The notes below the pieces were generated by a model. It ran no database searches and had not been told where the DNA came from. It saw nothing but the letters and a program-made list of their open reading frames with translations. Positions 45,511 to 57,172 of a stretch of DNA of 64,000 nt are shown one piece after another. The first letter of the stretch is position 1, and each line of letters starts with the position of its first letter. Both the position numbers and the translations under genes were made by a program. The DNA comes from Planctomycetota bacterium (GTDB lineage Bacteria > Planctomycetota > MHYJ01 > WSZJ01): positions 39,403 to 103,402 of the forward strand of contig JBBTCT010000006.1 in the NCBI GenBank assembly GCA_038060895.1. Reading direction: 5' to 3'.

Positions 45511-47321
45511 TTCGCTTCCTCGCAATCCAGGCCGACGCCGAGCGTGGTTTTCGTCCACGCCGTGCCGTCCCTCCCGCCCTGCGAGTACTTGTCCTTCCCG
45601 CCGAGATCCAGCAGCACGCCAAGCCCGAACGTCCCGCGGCTCTGGAACGAGAATCCCTGGCACTCCGGCCGGACGCCGGAGTAAGCGTCGTCGCCCGCGC
45701 GGTCGATGAGGATCCCGAAGCCGTTCGCGTTCGCGCCGCCGTGCGTCATCCCCGCGCCCTGGTAGTAGTCGTTCCCCGCGAGGTCGAGCAGCATACCCGC
45801 CGCCCAGTCGTGGCCGCACCCTTGCGCGACGCCGTTGTTGCACGAATACGCGTCGTTGCCCGCGCGGTCGAAGAGCGCCGCGCTCGACAGGTGAATTCCC
45901 GATCCCTGACCGTACTGGTACAGGTCGTATTTGTCGTGCCCCGCCGAGTCGATGAGCAACCCGAGCGCAAACCAGTAGCTCGCCCCCTGCCCGAACACTT
46001 CCGCCGTGTACTGGTCGTTCCCCGCGTGGTCCGCGAGGATCCCTATGCCGCCCGAAACGTTCGGCCTCAGTCCGAACCCGAATCCCTGCGAGAGCGACTG
46101 GAAATTCTCCGGCAGAAGCGGCGCATGCGAGTACTTGCCGCCCGCGTAGTAAGTGTCGTTCCCCGCGACGTCCGACAGGACGCCCAGTCCCTTGACCCCC
46201 CCGAAGCCCTGCACGTGCCGCGCCCCGCGATACCCGTCGTCTCCCGCGAGGTCGAACAGCATCCCCACGCCGTAGAACGCCGAGCCCTGCGAGCACTGGT
46301 CCGCCTCGTAGCGGTCGTCCCCCGCGACATCGACGAGCAGCGACGCCCCGAAAGCCGCCCCGCCCTGCGCGATGTTCTTGTCGATGTAGCGATCGTTTCC
46401 CGCCAGATCCACGATCAGCCCGATCGCAACCATGCCCTTGCCGCACCCGCGATACGTGTCGTCGCCGCCGAGGTCCAGGACGAAGCGGCACCCCGTGTAT
46501 TCGTCGTCTCCCCCCGCGTCGATCACGAGGTCCGCCGTGTGCCGGTCCGGCCCGGGCCCGCCGATCGCAACCGTCAGCCCCTTCAGTTCCGGGTATGCCG
46601 CCATGTTCGGCAGCCTCCACGTGTCCGACTTCCACGCCGCGCCGTCGATCTTCGCCGCCGCGCTTCGCAGCATTTTCACGGCACCGGCCAGCGCCGCTTC
46701 GGCGCGCACCAGGCCCGCGAGGTCGATCTTCTTTGCCACCGCCAGCACCGCCGTGCTGTCCCACGCTTCTTCCGATTCGTCCGCATAGAGCCGCACGCCG
46801 TCCTTCGCGAGCGATGCTTCGTCGGCATCGTCGAGCGCTTCCATTGCCGAAAGGCGCTGGGATTCAGCGAAACGCCATTCGCGGAGCGCCGCGAGCATGA
46901 TGTCGCGCGCGGCGGCCGGCTGGATGGGGAGCTCCATCCCGAACTTCTCGTCGCGCAGGACCTGGAGCTTCGCCGGCTCAAAGTCGAGCCACGCCGCGCC
47001 GTTGAGCACGGCCGCCGACGGGTCGTCGGCGAATTCCTTCTCCGCCCGCTGCGCGTAGTCCGCCAGCGCCAGCGGATGGTCGAGCGTGTCGTTCACGCAC
47101 GCGAGCCGCCAGTCGTCGGAAAGCGGCCGCTTGTCCCACCCGAGGTCCTCAACCGAGAGATTCACGCAATCCAGCGCCTGCTCCAGACGCTTCAGGACCG
47201 CCTTGTCGAGAAGGGGCCCCTCCGCCTTCGCCGTCGGCACTTCCTTCGGCGGATCCTCCGCGCGCAGCGCCACGCCGAAAGCCGCGGCCGCTGCGAAAAA
47301 CAAAACGAGTCGCCGTTTCAT
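45507..47321 (-). CDS. Secreted protein with GxDxY/GQG glycine-rich beta-repeat array
   Basis: About 10 repeats of LxDxAGNDxY...QG. Confidence 0.85.
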   Translation of the reverse strand: MKRRLVLFFAAAAAFGVALRAEDPPKEVPTAKAEGPLLDKAVLKRLEQALDCVNLSVEDLGWDKRPLSDDWRLACVNDTLDHPLALADYAQRAEKEFADDPSAAVLNGAAWLDFEPAKLQVLRDEKFGMELPIQPAAARDIMLAALREWRFAESQRLSAMEALDDADEASLAKDGVRLYADESEEAWDSTAVLAVAKKIDLAGLVRAEAALAGAVKMLRSAAAKIDGAAWKSDTWRLPNMAAYPELKGLTVAIGGPGPDRHTADLVIDAGGDDEYTGCRFVLDLGGDDTYRGCGKGMVAIGLIVDLAGNDRYIDKNIAQGGAAFGASLLVDVAGDDRYEADQCSQGSAFYGVGMLFDLAGDDGYRGARHVQGFGGVKGLGVLSDVAGNDTYYAGGKYSHAPLLPENFQSLSQGFGFGLRPNVSGGIGILADHAGNDQYTAEVFGQGASYWFALGLLIDSAGHDKYDLYQYGQGSGIHLSSAALFDRAGNDAYSCNNGVAQGCGHDWAAGMLLDLAGNDYYQGAGMTHGGANANGFGILIDRAGDDAYSGVRPECQGFSFQSRGTFGLGVLLDLGGKDKYSQGGRDGTAWTKTTLGVGLDCEEAK

Positions 47322-47339
47322 GCCGTTATCCTACCCGGC

Positions 47340-47852
47340 GTGACCCTGCTGGCCGATCAATCGTCCATCTTCTACACCGGGCCGTTCTGGTTCCAGGTGG
47401 TCGGCTACGGCATGTTCTTCCTGGGGGCGCTGTACGCGGCCGCGCGGCTGCAGGCGGACGGGCTGGTGAAGCGCGCGTCGTGGCGCTACTGGCAGGTCGC
47501 GTGCCTCTGCCTGAGCCTGTGGACGCTGTCGCGGCTCGCGACGATCGCCCTCCCCGAGTCGAGCGACGTCGGCTCGATCATCGAGGCGGACGGGAAGCCG
47601 ATCCGTGGAAACCCGAGCATCCAGGAGCAGCACCTGCCGGACGGGACCGTCGCGCCGGTGCGGTACTACCCGTTGACCGAGAAGGGCGACCCGCTGGCCG
47701 AAGGCGCGCGCTTCATTCCGATCGGCGGCCGCGGGGAGGTGTACTACTACCTGCAGTTCGACGTCATCCTGCTCCTGGCGGCCGGAGTGTTCGCGCTCCT
47801 CGCCCTGCACGACTCGAAGCACCCGGATGGGGAGGAGGCGGCCGATGCCTGA
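47340..47852 (+). CDS. Hypothetical membrane protein (3 TM)
   Basis: 3' part of ORF 45741..47852 from GTG 47340; hydrophobic helices; overlaps the GGDEF gene start. Confidence 0.65.
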   Translation: MTLLADQSSIFYTGPFWFQVVGYGMFFLGALYAAARLQADGLVKRASWRYWQVACLCLSLWTLSRLATIALPESSDVGSIIEADGKPIRGNPSIQEQHLPDGTVAPVRYYPLTEKGDPLAEGARFIPIGGRGEVYYYLQFDVILLLAAGVFALLALHDSKHPDGEEAADA

Positions 47853-48789
47853 TCCGGGAAGCGTCCGCTCGTTCTCGCTCGCGGTGCCGCAGACGGTTCA
47901 CGCGGTGGGATGCGTTATTTTTGCCGTGATGGCCCTGTGGGCGGCGCTCCGGGCGCGCTCGCTGGCGGTGCGCGGCGGTTCCGACCCGCACGCCGTGTTC
48001 ATTGCGCGCCTCACCGCGGTCCTTGTCGCGCTCGCGCTCGCCCTTGCGGTCCCGGCGCTTCTCAAACCGCCGCGTGGAGGCCCCCGCGAGCTCGCCGATG
48101 CCGTCCGCTCTGCCGCGGCGCTCGGGTGCGGCGTCGTCGCGCTCTTCATCGCCTCGGCCCGTCGCGACGCGAGCGCCGTGGCAGCGCTGACCTCGCGCAT
48201 CCGCGAGCTCGAGCGCGACCTCGGCGGCCTCGTCGCCGCCGCGGGCGATCTGCGGACCCAGGCGGCCGCCGTCCAGAGGGGGGCCGAAGCGGTCGCGACC
48301 GTCGATGCGCTCACGGGGCTTGCTTCGCGGAAACTCTTCGACGAGATGTTCGCGCGAGAGCTCAAGCGGGCGAAACGGGCGGAGCGCCCCGTCGCGCTGG
48401 CTGTCGCGCAAGTCGACTGGCTCGACAAGTACGCGGGCTCCTTCGGAAGGCAGTCGGCCGACCAGCTCGTGCAGGGGATCGCCAGGATTTTCCAGGCCCA
48501 GGTCCGCGACACCGATCTGCTTGTGCGCTTCGGCCCCGACAAGTTCGCGATCCTGATGCCCGAGACGGACCAGGAGAAGGCGATGGAAATGGCGGACTGG
48601 ATCCGTTCGATGGTCGCGAACTCGCAGTTCGCGAACCGCGAAGAGATGCCGGGCGGGAAGATCTCGGTCAGCATCGGCATCGGGGCATTTCCGACGCCGG
48701 TCATGGATGCGGCGGGGTTCCAGGGGTTGGTGGAAGGGGCGCTGGAGAAGGCGGCGACGGAGAAGAACAGGCTTAGGGCTGTCGTGTAG
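47845..48789 (+). CDS. Membrane-bound degenerate GGDEF domain protein
   Basis: Three TMs, coiled coil, DALTGL, RDTDLLVRFGPDKF (GGDEF replaced by GPDKF; RxxD kept), VSIGIG. Confidence 0.88.
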   Translation: MPDPGSVRSFSLAVPQTVHAVGCVIFAVMALWAALRARSLAVRGGSDPHAVFIARLTAVLVALALALAVPALLKPPRGGPRELADAVRSAAALGCGVVALFIASARRDASAVAALTSRIRELERDLGGLVAAAGDLRTQAAAVQRGAEAVATVDALTGLASRKLFDEMFARELKRAKRAERPVALAVAQVDWLDKYAGSFGRQSADQLVQGIARIFQAQVRDTDLLVRFGPDKFAILMPETDQEKAMEMADWIRSMVANSQFANREEMPGGKISVSIGIGAFPTPVMDAAGFQGLVEGALEKAATEKNRLRAVV

Positions 48790-48807
48790 ACCGCTCCCGG
48801 GCCTCGC

Positions 48808-48942
48808 TTGACACGCTTAGCCAATCCCATACACTCAAGGCTCGGCGGGGGCATCATCGCCGCGTTGCTTCGATGGGGATCGGAGAGGCGCAGCGGAGGT
48901 GCCCCCGATCTTTCGCGACAGGAATAGGACTAATTTAGTCCT
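48808..48942 (+). promoter_or_regulatory. suf promoter and palindromic operator
   Basis: TTGACA-N16-TACACT (48808..48835); perfect palindrome AGGACTA-ATT-TAGTCCT (48926..48942) just upstream of the sufB SD. Confidence 0.7.
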
Positions 48943-48967
48943 GTTTTAGGTTGTCAGGAGAATCACC

Positions 48968-50401
48968 GTGGAACCCGTCGAAGAACTCGCCACAAAGGAA
49001 TACAAGTGGGGGTTCGTCACCGAAATCGAGTCTGAGACCATCGCCAAGGGCCTCAGCGAGGACGTCGTCCGCATCATTTCGGCCAAGAAAAACGAGCCAT
49101 CCTGGCTCACCGACTGGCGCCTCAACGCCTTCCGCCAGTGGAAGAAAATGACCGAGCCGACCTGGCCCAACGTCACCTACCCGGCCATCGACTACCAGGC
49201 CTGCAGCTACTACTCCGCCCCCAAGCAGAACCTGAAAAAGGGAAGCATGGACGAGGTCGATCCCGAGCTCGTCAAAACCTACGAGAAACTCGGCATCCCG
49301 CTCGACGAGCAGAAGCGCCTCTCCAACGTCGCCGTCGACGCCGTCTTCGACTCCGTCAGCGTCGCGACCACCTGCAAGGACTACCTGGAAAAACTAGGCA
49401 TCATCTTCTGCTCGTTCAGCGAAGCGGTGCAGAAGCACCCCGAGCTCATCCGCAAGTACCTCGGCAGCGTCGTCCCCACGAACGACAACTTCTTCGCTTC
49501 GCTCAACAGCGCCGTCTTCAGCGACGGCTCCTTCTGCTGGATCCCGAAGGGCGTCAAGTGCCCGATGGAGCTGTCGACGTACTTCCGCATCAACGCCGCG
49601 GACACGGGGCAGTTCGAGCGGACGCTGATCGTGGCGGAGGAAGGCGCGACGGTGTCGTACCTCGAGGGGTGCACGGCGCCGAAGCGCGACACGAACCAGC
49701 TTCATGCGGCGGTCGTGGAACTCGTCGCGGCGGAAAACGCGAACATCAAGTACTCGACGGTGCAGAACTGGTATCCCGGCGACAAGGAAGGGAAGGGCGG
49801 GATCTACAACTTCGTGACGAAGCGCGGCAAGTGCGCCGGCGCAAACTCGAAGATCAGCTGGACGCAGGTGGAAACGGGGTCGGCAATCACGTGGAAGTAC
49901 CCAAGCGTGATCCTGCAGGGGGACAACTCGGTCGGCGAGTTCTACAGCGTCGCCGTGGTGAACAACCGCCAGCAGGCCGACACCGGGACGAAGATGATCC
50001 ATATCGGGAAGAACACGCGGTCCACGATCGTGTCGAAGGGAATTTCCGCGGGGAAGGGGCAGAACACCTACCGCGGGCAGGTGAAGGTGCTGAAGAAGGC
50101 GGCCGGTGCGCGGAACTACACGCAGTGTGACTCTCTTCTGATCGGCGACCGCTGCGGCGCCCACACGTTCCCGTACATCGAGGTGCAGAACTCCACGGCG
50201 AAGGTGGAGCACGAGGCCTCGACGTCGAAGATCAGCGAGGACCAGATTTTCTACTGCAAGCAGCGCGGCGTCTCGACGGAGAACGCGATCAACATGATCG
50301 TGAACGGGTTCTGCAAGGAAGTGTTCCGCGAGCTGCCGATGGAGTTTGCGGTTGAAGCGCAGAAGCTGCTTGGGGTGAGCCTGGACGGGAGCGTCGGGTA
50401 A
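48968..50401 (+). CDS. sufB: Fe-S cluster assembly protein SufB
   Basis: [57 protein letters not shown]. Confidence 0.98.
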   Translation: MEPVEELATKEYKWGFVTEIESETIAKGLSEDVVRIISAKKNEPSWLTDWRLNAFRQWKKMTEPTWPNVTYPAIDYQACSYYSAPKQNLKKGSMDEVDPELVKTYEKLGIPLDEQKRLSNVAVDAVFDSVSVATTCKDYLEKLGIIFCSFSEAVQKHPELIRKYLGSVVPTNDNFFASLNSAVFSDGSFCWIPKGVKCPMELSTYFRINAADTGQFERTLIVAEEGATVSYLEGCTAPKRDTNQLHAAVVELVAAENANIKYSTVQNWYPGDKEGKGGIYNFVTKRGKCAGANSKISWTQVETGSAITWKYPSVILQGDNSVGEFYSVAVVNNRQQADTGTKMIHIGKNTRSTIVSKGISAGKGQNTYRGQVKVLKKAAGARNYTQCDSLLIGDRCGAHTFPYIEVQNSTAKVEHEASTSKISEDQIFYCKQRGVSTENAINMIVNGFCKEVFRELPMEFAVEAQKLLGVSLDGSVG

Positions 50402-50437
50402 CGGAGTTGCGAGTGAACACGAAAGGAACGGATCGGA

Positions 50438-51199
50438 ATGCTTGAGATCAAGGATCTGCATGCTTCGGTCGGGAAGAAGGAAATTCTCAAGGGCCTCTCG
50501 CTCAGCGTGAAGGCCGGGGAAGTCCACGCCATCATGGGCCCGAACGGCTCCGGCAAAAGCACGCTCGCGCAGGCGCTTGCCGGGCACCCGTCTTACACGG
50601 TCACTTCCGGATCGATCACCTACCTCGGCGAGGATCTCCTCGAGAAGTCGCCCGAGGACCGGGCCAAGAACGGCATCTTCCTCGCGTTCCAGTACCCGGT
50701 GGAGATCCCGGGCGTTTCCAACTCGTACTTCCTGCGCGCGGGATATAACGAGATCCGCAAGCACAAGGGCGAGCCTGAGCTGGACGCGATGGACTTCACC
50801 AAGCTGCTGAAAGAGAAGTCCAAGATCCTCCACATCGACGAAGCGCTCCTCAACCGTCCTGTCAACGAGGGCTTCTCCGGCGGCGAAAAGAAGCGCAACG
50901 AGATCTTCCAGCTCGCCGTCCTCGAGCCGAAGCTCGCCATCCTCGACGAAACCGACTCCGGCCTCGACATCGACGCCCTCCGCACCGTCGCCGACGGCGT
51001 GAACAAGCTGCGCTCGAAGGACCGCGCGTTCCTCGTCGTGACGCACTACCAGCGCCTCCTCAACTACATCGTGCCGGATTTCGTGCACGTGCTGTCGGAC
51101 GGGAAGATCGTCAAGTCAGGCGGCAAGGAACTCGCGCTTGAGCTCGAGAAGCGCGGCTACGACTGGGTCAAGGAGCCCGCTGCCGCGGGGGCGCGATGA
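50438..51199 (+). CDS. sufC: Fe-S cluster assembly ATPase SufC
   Basis: [43 protein letters not shown]. Confidence 0.98.
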   Translation: MLEIKDLHASVGKKEILKGLSLSVKAGEVHAIMGPNGSGKSTLAQALAGHPSYTVTSGSITYLGEDLLEKSPEDRAKNGIFLAFQYPVEIPGVSNSYFLRAGYNEIRKHKGEPELDAMDFTKLLKEKSKILHIDEALLNRPVNEGFSGGEKKRNEIFQLAVLEPKLAILDETDSGLDIDALRTVADGVNKLRSKDRAFLVVTHYQRLLNYIVPDFVHVLSDGKIVKSGGKELALELEKRGYDWVKEPAAAGAR

Positions 51200-52541
51200 G
51201 CACGGCCGCCATCGATAAACCCGCCGTCCTCGGCGGTTGCTGGCCCGCCCACCTCGAGGCAGGGGAGCGGAGCGAGGGCTGGAAGCGCGTTCCGTGGGCC
51301 ACGGAGCTGCGGAAGCTCGGCGCCACGGCGTTCCGCGAGCGTGGGTTTCCGACGACGGCGGACGAGGAATGGCGCTACACGAGCGTCGAAACGCTCGTGA
51401 AGACCGGCTTCCGGCAGTCGCTCGAGCCGAAGAAGGACGCGCTCGTCGCGAACACGGCGAAGATGTTCACGTTCGGGCTGGAGAAGTCGCCGCGCCTGGT
51501 GATGGTAGACGGGTTCTTCTCGCGCGAACTCTCGAGCCTCGAAGGGCTTCCCTCCGGCGTCATCGCGTGCGGCCTCGCCGAAGCGCTCGAGAAGCACCGC
51601 TCGCTTGTTGAACCGAGGCTCGGCAAGCTTGCGAAGCCCGGCGCAACCGCGTTCACGGCCCTCAACACCGCGCTCTTCCAGGACGGCGCATTCGTTTACG
51701 TGCCCGACGGGAAGGTTTTCGAGACGCCGCTCCTCGTGCTGCATCTTTCCCACGAGTCTTACCTCGCGAGCCACCCGCGGCACCTCTTCATCCTCGGCGC
51801 CGGCGCGCAGATTTCCCTCGTCGAGGCGTACGCTTCGCCGTCCTGCGACTTGTACTTCACCAACGCCGTCACCGAGGTGGACCTCGGCCGCGGCGCGCGC
51901 CTCTCGTCGGTTCGCATCGAGGCCGAGAGCGGGAACGCCTTCCACGTCGCCAACACGCAGTCGCGGCTCGCGGAAGGCTCGTTCTTCCAGGAATGCAGCG
52001 CCGTGACCGGCGCGGAGTTCTTCCGCCACGATCTCGGCGCGTTCCTCGCGGGCGAGCGCGCGGAAGCGCAGTTCTTCGGCCTGTCGATCGCTTCCGGCCA
52101 CCAGCACATCGACCACCACACGGTGATCGACCACGCGGTCCCGAACTGCCCTTCGCGCGAGTTCTACAAGGCGATCCTGAACGGCCGCTCGCACGTGGTG
52201 TTCAACGGCAAGGTGTTCGTGCGCGAAGACGCGCAGAAGACGGACGCGAAGCAGACGAACAAGAACCTCTTGTTGTCGGACGACGCGCGCGTGGACACGA
52301 AGCCGCAGCTGGAGATTTTCGCGGACGACGTGAAATGCACGCACGGGGCGACGGTCGGGCAGCTGGACGAGGAGATGGTGTTCTACTGCCGCACGCGGGG
52401 GCTCGCACCGGAAGTCGCGCGGGGGATCCTGACGTACGCGTTCGCGCGCGACGTGCTCGTCAACTTCGCGATTCCGGAGACGCGCGAGTGGCTCGACCGC
52501 TCGATCGTGCAGCGCCTGCTGGATGCCGGAAGGGGTGCGTG

Positions 52542-52542
<1 letters not shown>
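51196..52542 (+). CDS. sufD: Fe-S cluster assembly protein SufD
   Basis: [49 protein letters not shown]. Confidence 0.97.
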
Positions 52543-53809
<1,267 letters not shown>

Positions 53810-53813
<4 letters not shown>

Positions 53814-54262
53814 GCGACCTCACCGAGCTGTACGGCGACGTCATCCTCGAGCACTACAAGCGTCCGCGAAACTTCAAGCTCATCCCCGACGCCACGCACA
53901 AGGCCTCCGGCGCCAACCCCCTCTGCGGCGACCACATCCAGGTCTTCCTCAAACTGGACGGCGACAAAATCGCCGACATCGGCTTCATGGGGAACGGCTG
54001 CGCCATCTCCCGCGCCGCCGCTTCGATCATGACGCAGGAGATCCTCGGGAAATCGAAGGCCGAGGCGGAAGACCTTTTCCGCAAGTACCACGCCATGGTC
54101 ACCCGCGAACCCGGCAAGCCCGCGTCGGGCGAAGACCTCGGCAAACTCGCCGTCTTCGCCGGCGTCGCCGAGTTCCCCGTGCGCGTGAAGTGCGCGACGC
54201 TGGCGTGGCATGCGATGGAAGCGGCGCTTAAGGGCAAGGCGGAGACGGTCAGCACGGAGTAG
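53810..54262 (+). CDS. sufU: SufU sulfur-transfer protein (copy 1)
   Basis: ILEHYKRPRN, NPLCGD, GCAIS, FPVRVKCATLAW. Confidence 0.95.
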
Positions 54263-54275
54263 ATTCCGGCGTCGC

Positions 54276-54671
54276 TCAGATCGCGCAGAGCCTGAGCGCA
54301 GAGTGCTTCGCGATCGCAGCGAAATCACGGTCGGGGCTGAGGATCGGGCAGTTTCGTTCCAGGCAAGTCTGCGCGATCAGGACGTCAATCGTGCCCCGAA
54401 CGGTGAGCCCTGCCTTTCGGAGCCTGCGAAACAGCTTCGCGGCCTCAATGTGGCCCTGCCAGTCGAGGTCGAACATTGGGAACTTCCCCAGCGTATTCCG
54501 GACCGCATCGAACGAGCGGTCGTCCCTGATGCCCTGGAGCACCTCGGTCAGGATGAGCGGCGTCAGGGCCAGGGGCTCGTTTGACCCCATCGCGCGTTCC
54601 AGGCGCTGCACATGCGCGCTGGAGGTTCCGTTCAGCCATTCCGCCCAGACCGCCGAGTCGATGAGAATCAA
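54276..54671 (-). CDS. vapC: PIN-domain toxin VapC
   Basis: ILIDSAVW, ILTEVLQG, TIDVLIAQ, DRDF. Confidence 0.93.
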   Translation of the reverse strand: MILIDSAVWAEWLNGTSSAHVQRLERAMGSNEPLALTPLILTEVLQGIRDDRSFDAVRNTLGKFPMFDLDWQGHIEAAKLFRRLRKAGLTVRGTIDVLIAQTCLERNCPILSPDRDFAAIAKHSALRLCAI

Positions 54672-54871
54672 ACGCGGGACCTCCGCAACGCGTCGATATC
54701 GCCTTCCCAGCGGACCTTCCCCCGGAGCTTTCGCAGACCTTCATACGCCTCGGCCTGATCGGCAACCCGATGAAGGGCGAGATCCACCGTCTTCCGTATC
54801 GTGGATGCTCCCAGGAGTTTCATGACCCGCCGGACGAGCCTGTCGTCGATGACGATGTTGGTCCTGCGCAC
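54668..54871 (-). CDS. vapB: VapB antitoxin
   Basis: RTNIVIDDRL...LRGKVRWEGD; overlaps the vapC start. Confidence 0.92.
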   Translation of the reverse strand: MRRTNIVIDDRLVRRVMKLLGASTIRKTVDLALHRVADQAEAYEGLRKLRGKVRWEGDIDALRRSRV

Positions 54872-54884
54872 TCGTTGCTCCTTC

Positions 54885-54911
54885 TACACATTCATAACGT
54901 CCCCGTGTGTA
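54885..54911. promoter_or_regulatory. Candidate VapBC autoregulatory operator
   Basis: TACACA-N15-TGTGTA directly upstream of the vapB SD. Confidence 0.45.
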
Positions 54912-55024
54912 TCCCCGATTTTAGGTTCCGCAGGAAACGGAGTCAATACAGTGCCGGCTCTTCTGTCCCACAGGCCGGGCCCTATAATGCCTCCCGGCCC
55001 GCAACGCGAGCCGGTGGAGGCTTC

Positions 55025-56680
55025 ATGAAGAATCTGCTGTGGACGTTCCTATTCTGCTCCCTGCTCGTCCTGCCGGCTGCCGCGGATCGAGAGGCCGCCC
55101 GCAAGGCGCAGCTCGAGGGGAACGAGGCGTTCTCGCGCGGTGACAACGAAGCGGCGATCAAGGCCTGCTCCCGCGCGACGTCGCCTACGGGTATCTCCTC
55201 GGTACACCCGGGGCCGGCGAGCTGTACCACGCCGACGAAGCGCTCGGCTGCCTTGAAAACGCGTGCCGCCAGACCGTGAAGACGTTTGCGTTCACGACGC
55301 GCGCCGCCTGAACCCGTACCTGTCGGCGCACGCGAAGCGTATCGAGGGGCTGTCGGAGTTCGTGGCGTCCATCGACCGGGAGATCGCGACCGAAGCGAAG
55401 GCCGACCCTGCGCGGCTGACGTACGAGCTCGCGACGCACCTCCTGACGGTAGCCGAGATCGAGACGCTGGCGCGCCGGTACGAATTTACCCGCGCGGTGA
55501 AGGAGTACGAGAAGCTCCTCCCGACGATCGTCTCCCCCGTGCGTACGGCCGGCATCAAGGCGCGCGTCGAGGAGATCAGGGGCATGGCGGCGGCTCACGC
55601 CAAGCTGGTGGCGGCCGTCAACAAGGGAGGCGTCTTCAAGACGACCGTCGCGCGCCTCGAGCTCTGCCCGGGGGCGGCTTCGTCCTGTTCAAAGGGCGCT
55701 GGGTGACGCCGGAGGAAAGAACCAATCTCGAGAAGGGACTCGTACGCTTCCAGCGCCAATGGGTCACTCCCGAGGACCGCGAAAAGCTCGCGCGCGGCCT
55801 GATCCTCGTGAGCGGCAAATGGGTCCCGAACGACGAGAAGGCGCTGCTCGCCGCCGGGTTTCGCCGCTACAAGGACCAGTGGATGAGCGCGGAGGACTGT
55901 GCCGCGGTGCGGGGAAAGTGGGCGGACGCCTGGACCGAGGAGACGGCTCACTACAAGATCCGCACCAACCAGGGCGAAGCGTTCGCGAAAGAACTCGCGT
56001 CGGTCGCCGAGAAGGCGTGGTCGGAATTCCGCGACTTCTGGTTCATGAAGGAGCCTTCCCTCCCCGTGGGCTCGAAGATGGAACTCTGGGCGTTCCGCGA
56101 GTACGAGGACTACCGCCGGCATTGCGCGGAGAACAAGGCTGAGGCGCAACTGAACGCAGCCGGATTCGCCACCTCGGAAACCAACGTCGTCGTCGGCTGG
56201 AACAAGACCGGGAACGAGCAGCTCTTCCTGCAGACAATGGTCCACGAGGCCGCGCACCTCTATTACTTCCGCGTCGCCGCGCCTTCGAGTCTCCCTTCCT
56301 GGCACGCCGAGGGAATGGCCACCTATTTCGAGGGATTCGAGCACGCGGCCGACGGCTGGAAATTCGGGACCCTCGCCTCGGGACGCATCGACCTGGCTCG
56401 GGACGCGATGAAGAGCGGGACGCATCTGCCGCTCGCGGACCTGCTGGCCGGCGACGCCCTCGCCCTGATCAACTCGGACACGCGAAAGGCGCTTCTCTTC
56501 TACTCGGAATCCTGGGCGCTGAACTTCTACCTGGTCCGGACCGACAACCCGAAGTATCACGACGGCTACGAGAATTTCCGGAAAGCGGTCATGTCCGGCA
56601 AGAAAGCGTCGCTCGCGGATTTCATGGGGGATCTCAAGCAGCTGGAGAAGGACTGGGTGACGTTCGTGTGCGGGCTGTGA
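55025..56680 (+). pseudogene. Frameshifted secreted TPR + DUF1570-like zinc peptidase gene
   Basis: SD + signal peptide at 55025. The protein-like reading moves through three frame changes (~55175, ~55300, ~55665). The last segment has GxVxFxGxWV repeats and HEAAH...PSWHAEG. Confidence 0.7.
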
Positions 56681-56728
56681 GAAAGGGACAGGGCAGCCGC
56701 CGACGTGGGGCCGCCCTGTTTCTTTCGG

Positions 56729-57040
56729 CTACTGCGAGGAATACGCGTTGTCGACGACGATGTCTTTGTCGTTGAAGTCGACGACGAGCGCCTTGGCGGT
56801 CGTGCGCGAGCCTCCGTGGCTCGAGTAACCGTAAGAGTAGGTGTACCGCTGGACCGCGCCGTTGGTTGCACCGTTGACCCCGGCCATGCCGCCCGGCTTC
56901 CCGAACCACTGCTCGATTTCCGCCTTCGTCGTCTGGCCGTTCTTGATGTTCCCGACCTTCGATTCGTCGAAATTGCGGCCGGAACTGGCGCATGCCGACA
57001 GCGCGAGTACGAGCGGCAGGACCGTCATGGCCTTTCGCAT
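56729..57040 (-). CDS. Small lipoprotein, BamE/SmpA-like fold
   Basis: Lipobox LSAC; GRNFD, IKNGQTTKAEIEQWFGKP, LVVDFND. Confidence 0.85.
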   Translation of the reverse strand: MRKAMTVLPLVLALSACASSGRNFDESKVGNIKNGQTTKAEIEQWFGKPGGMAGVNGATNGAVQRYTYSYGYSSHGGSRTTAKALVVDFNDKDIVVDNAYSSQ

Positions 57041-57172
57041 TTTCCCTCCCGTTGGAGATGGGGCCTCAACCAGGAACCGTGCTCCAGATGCTCTTCAGTC
57101 TGCCAATTTCCACGCGAAACATGTGCCGCTGTTTGCGCTGCGCGCCCGCGCCAACCGATGTTTAATGGACCA

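Noticed and set aside
55309-55311. TGA in the broken peptidase gene as a second selenocysteine codon
   Set aside because: There is no redox motif context, and the protein-like reading continues in a different frame, not in frame.
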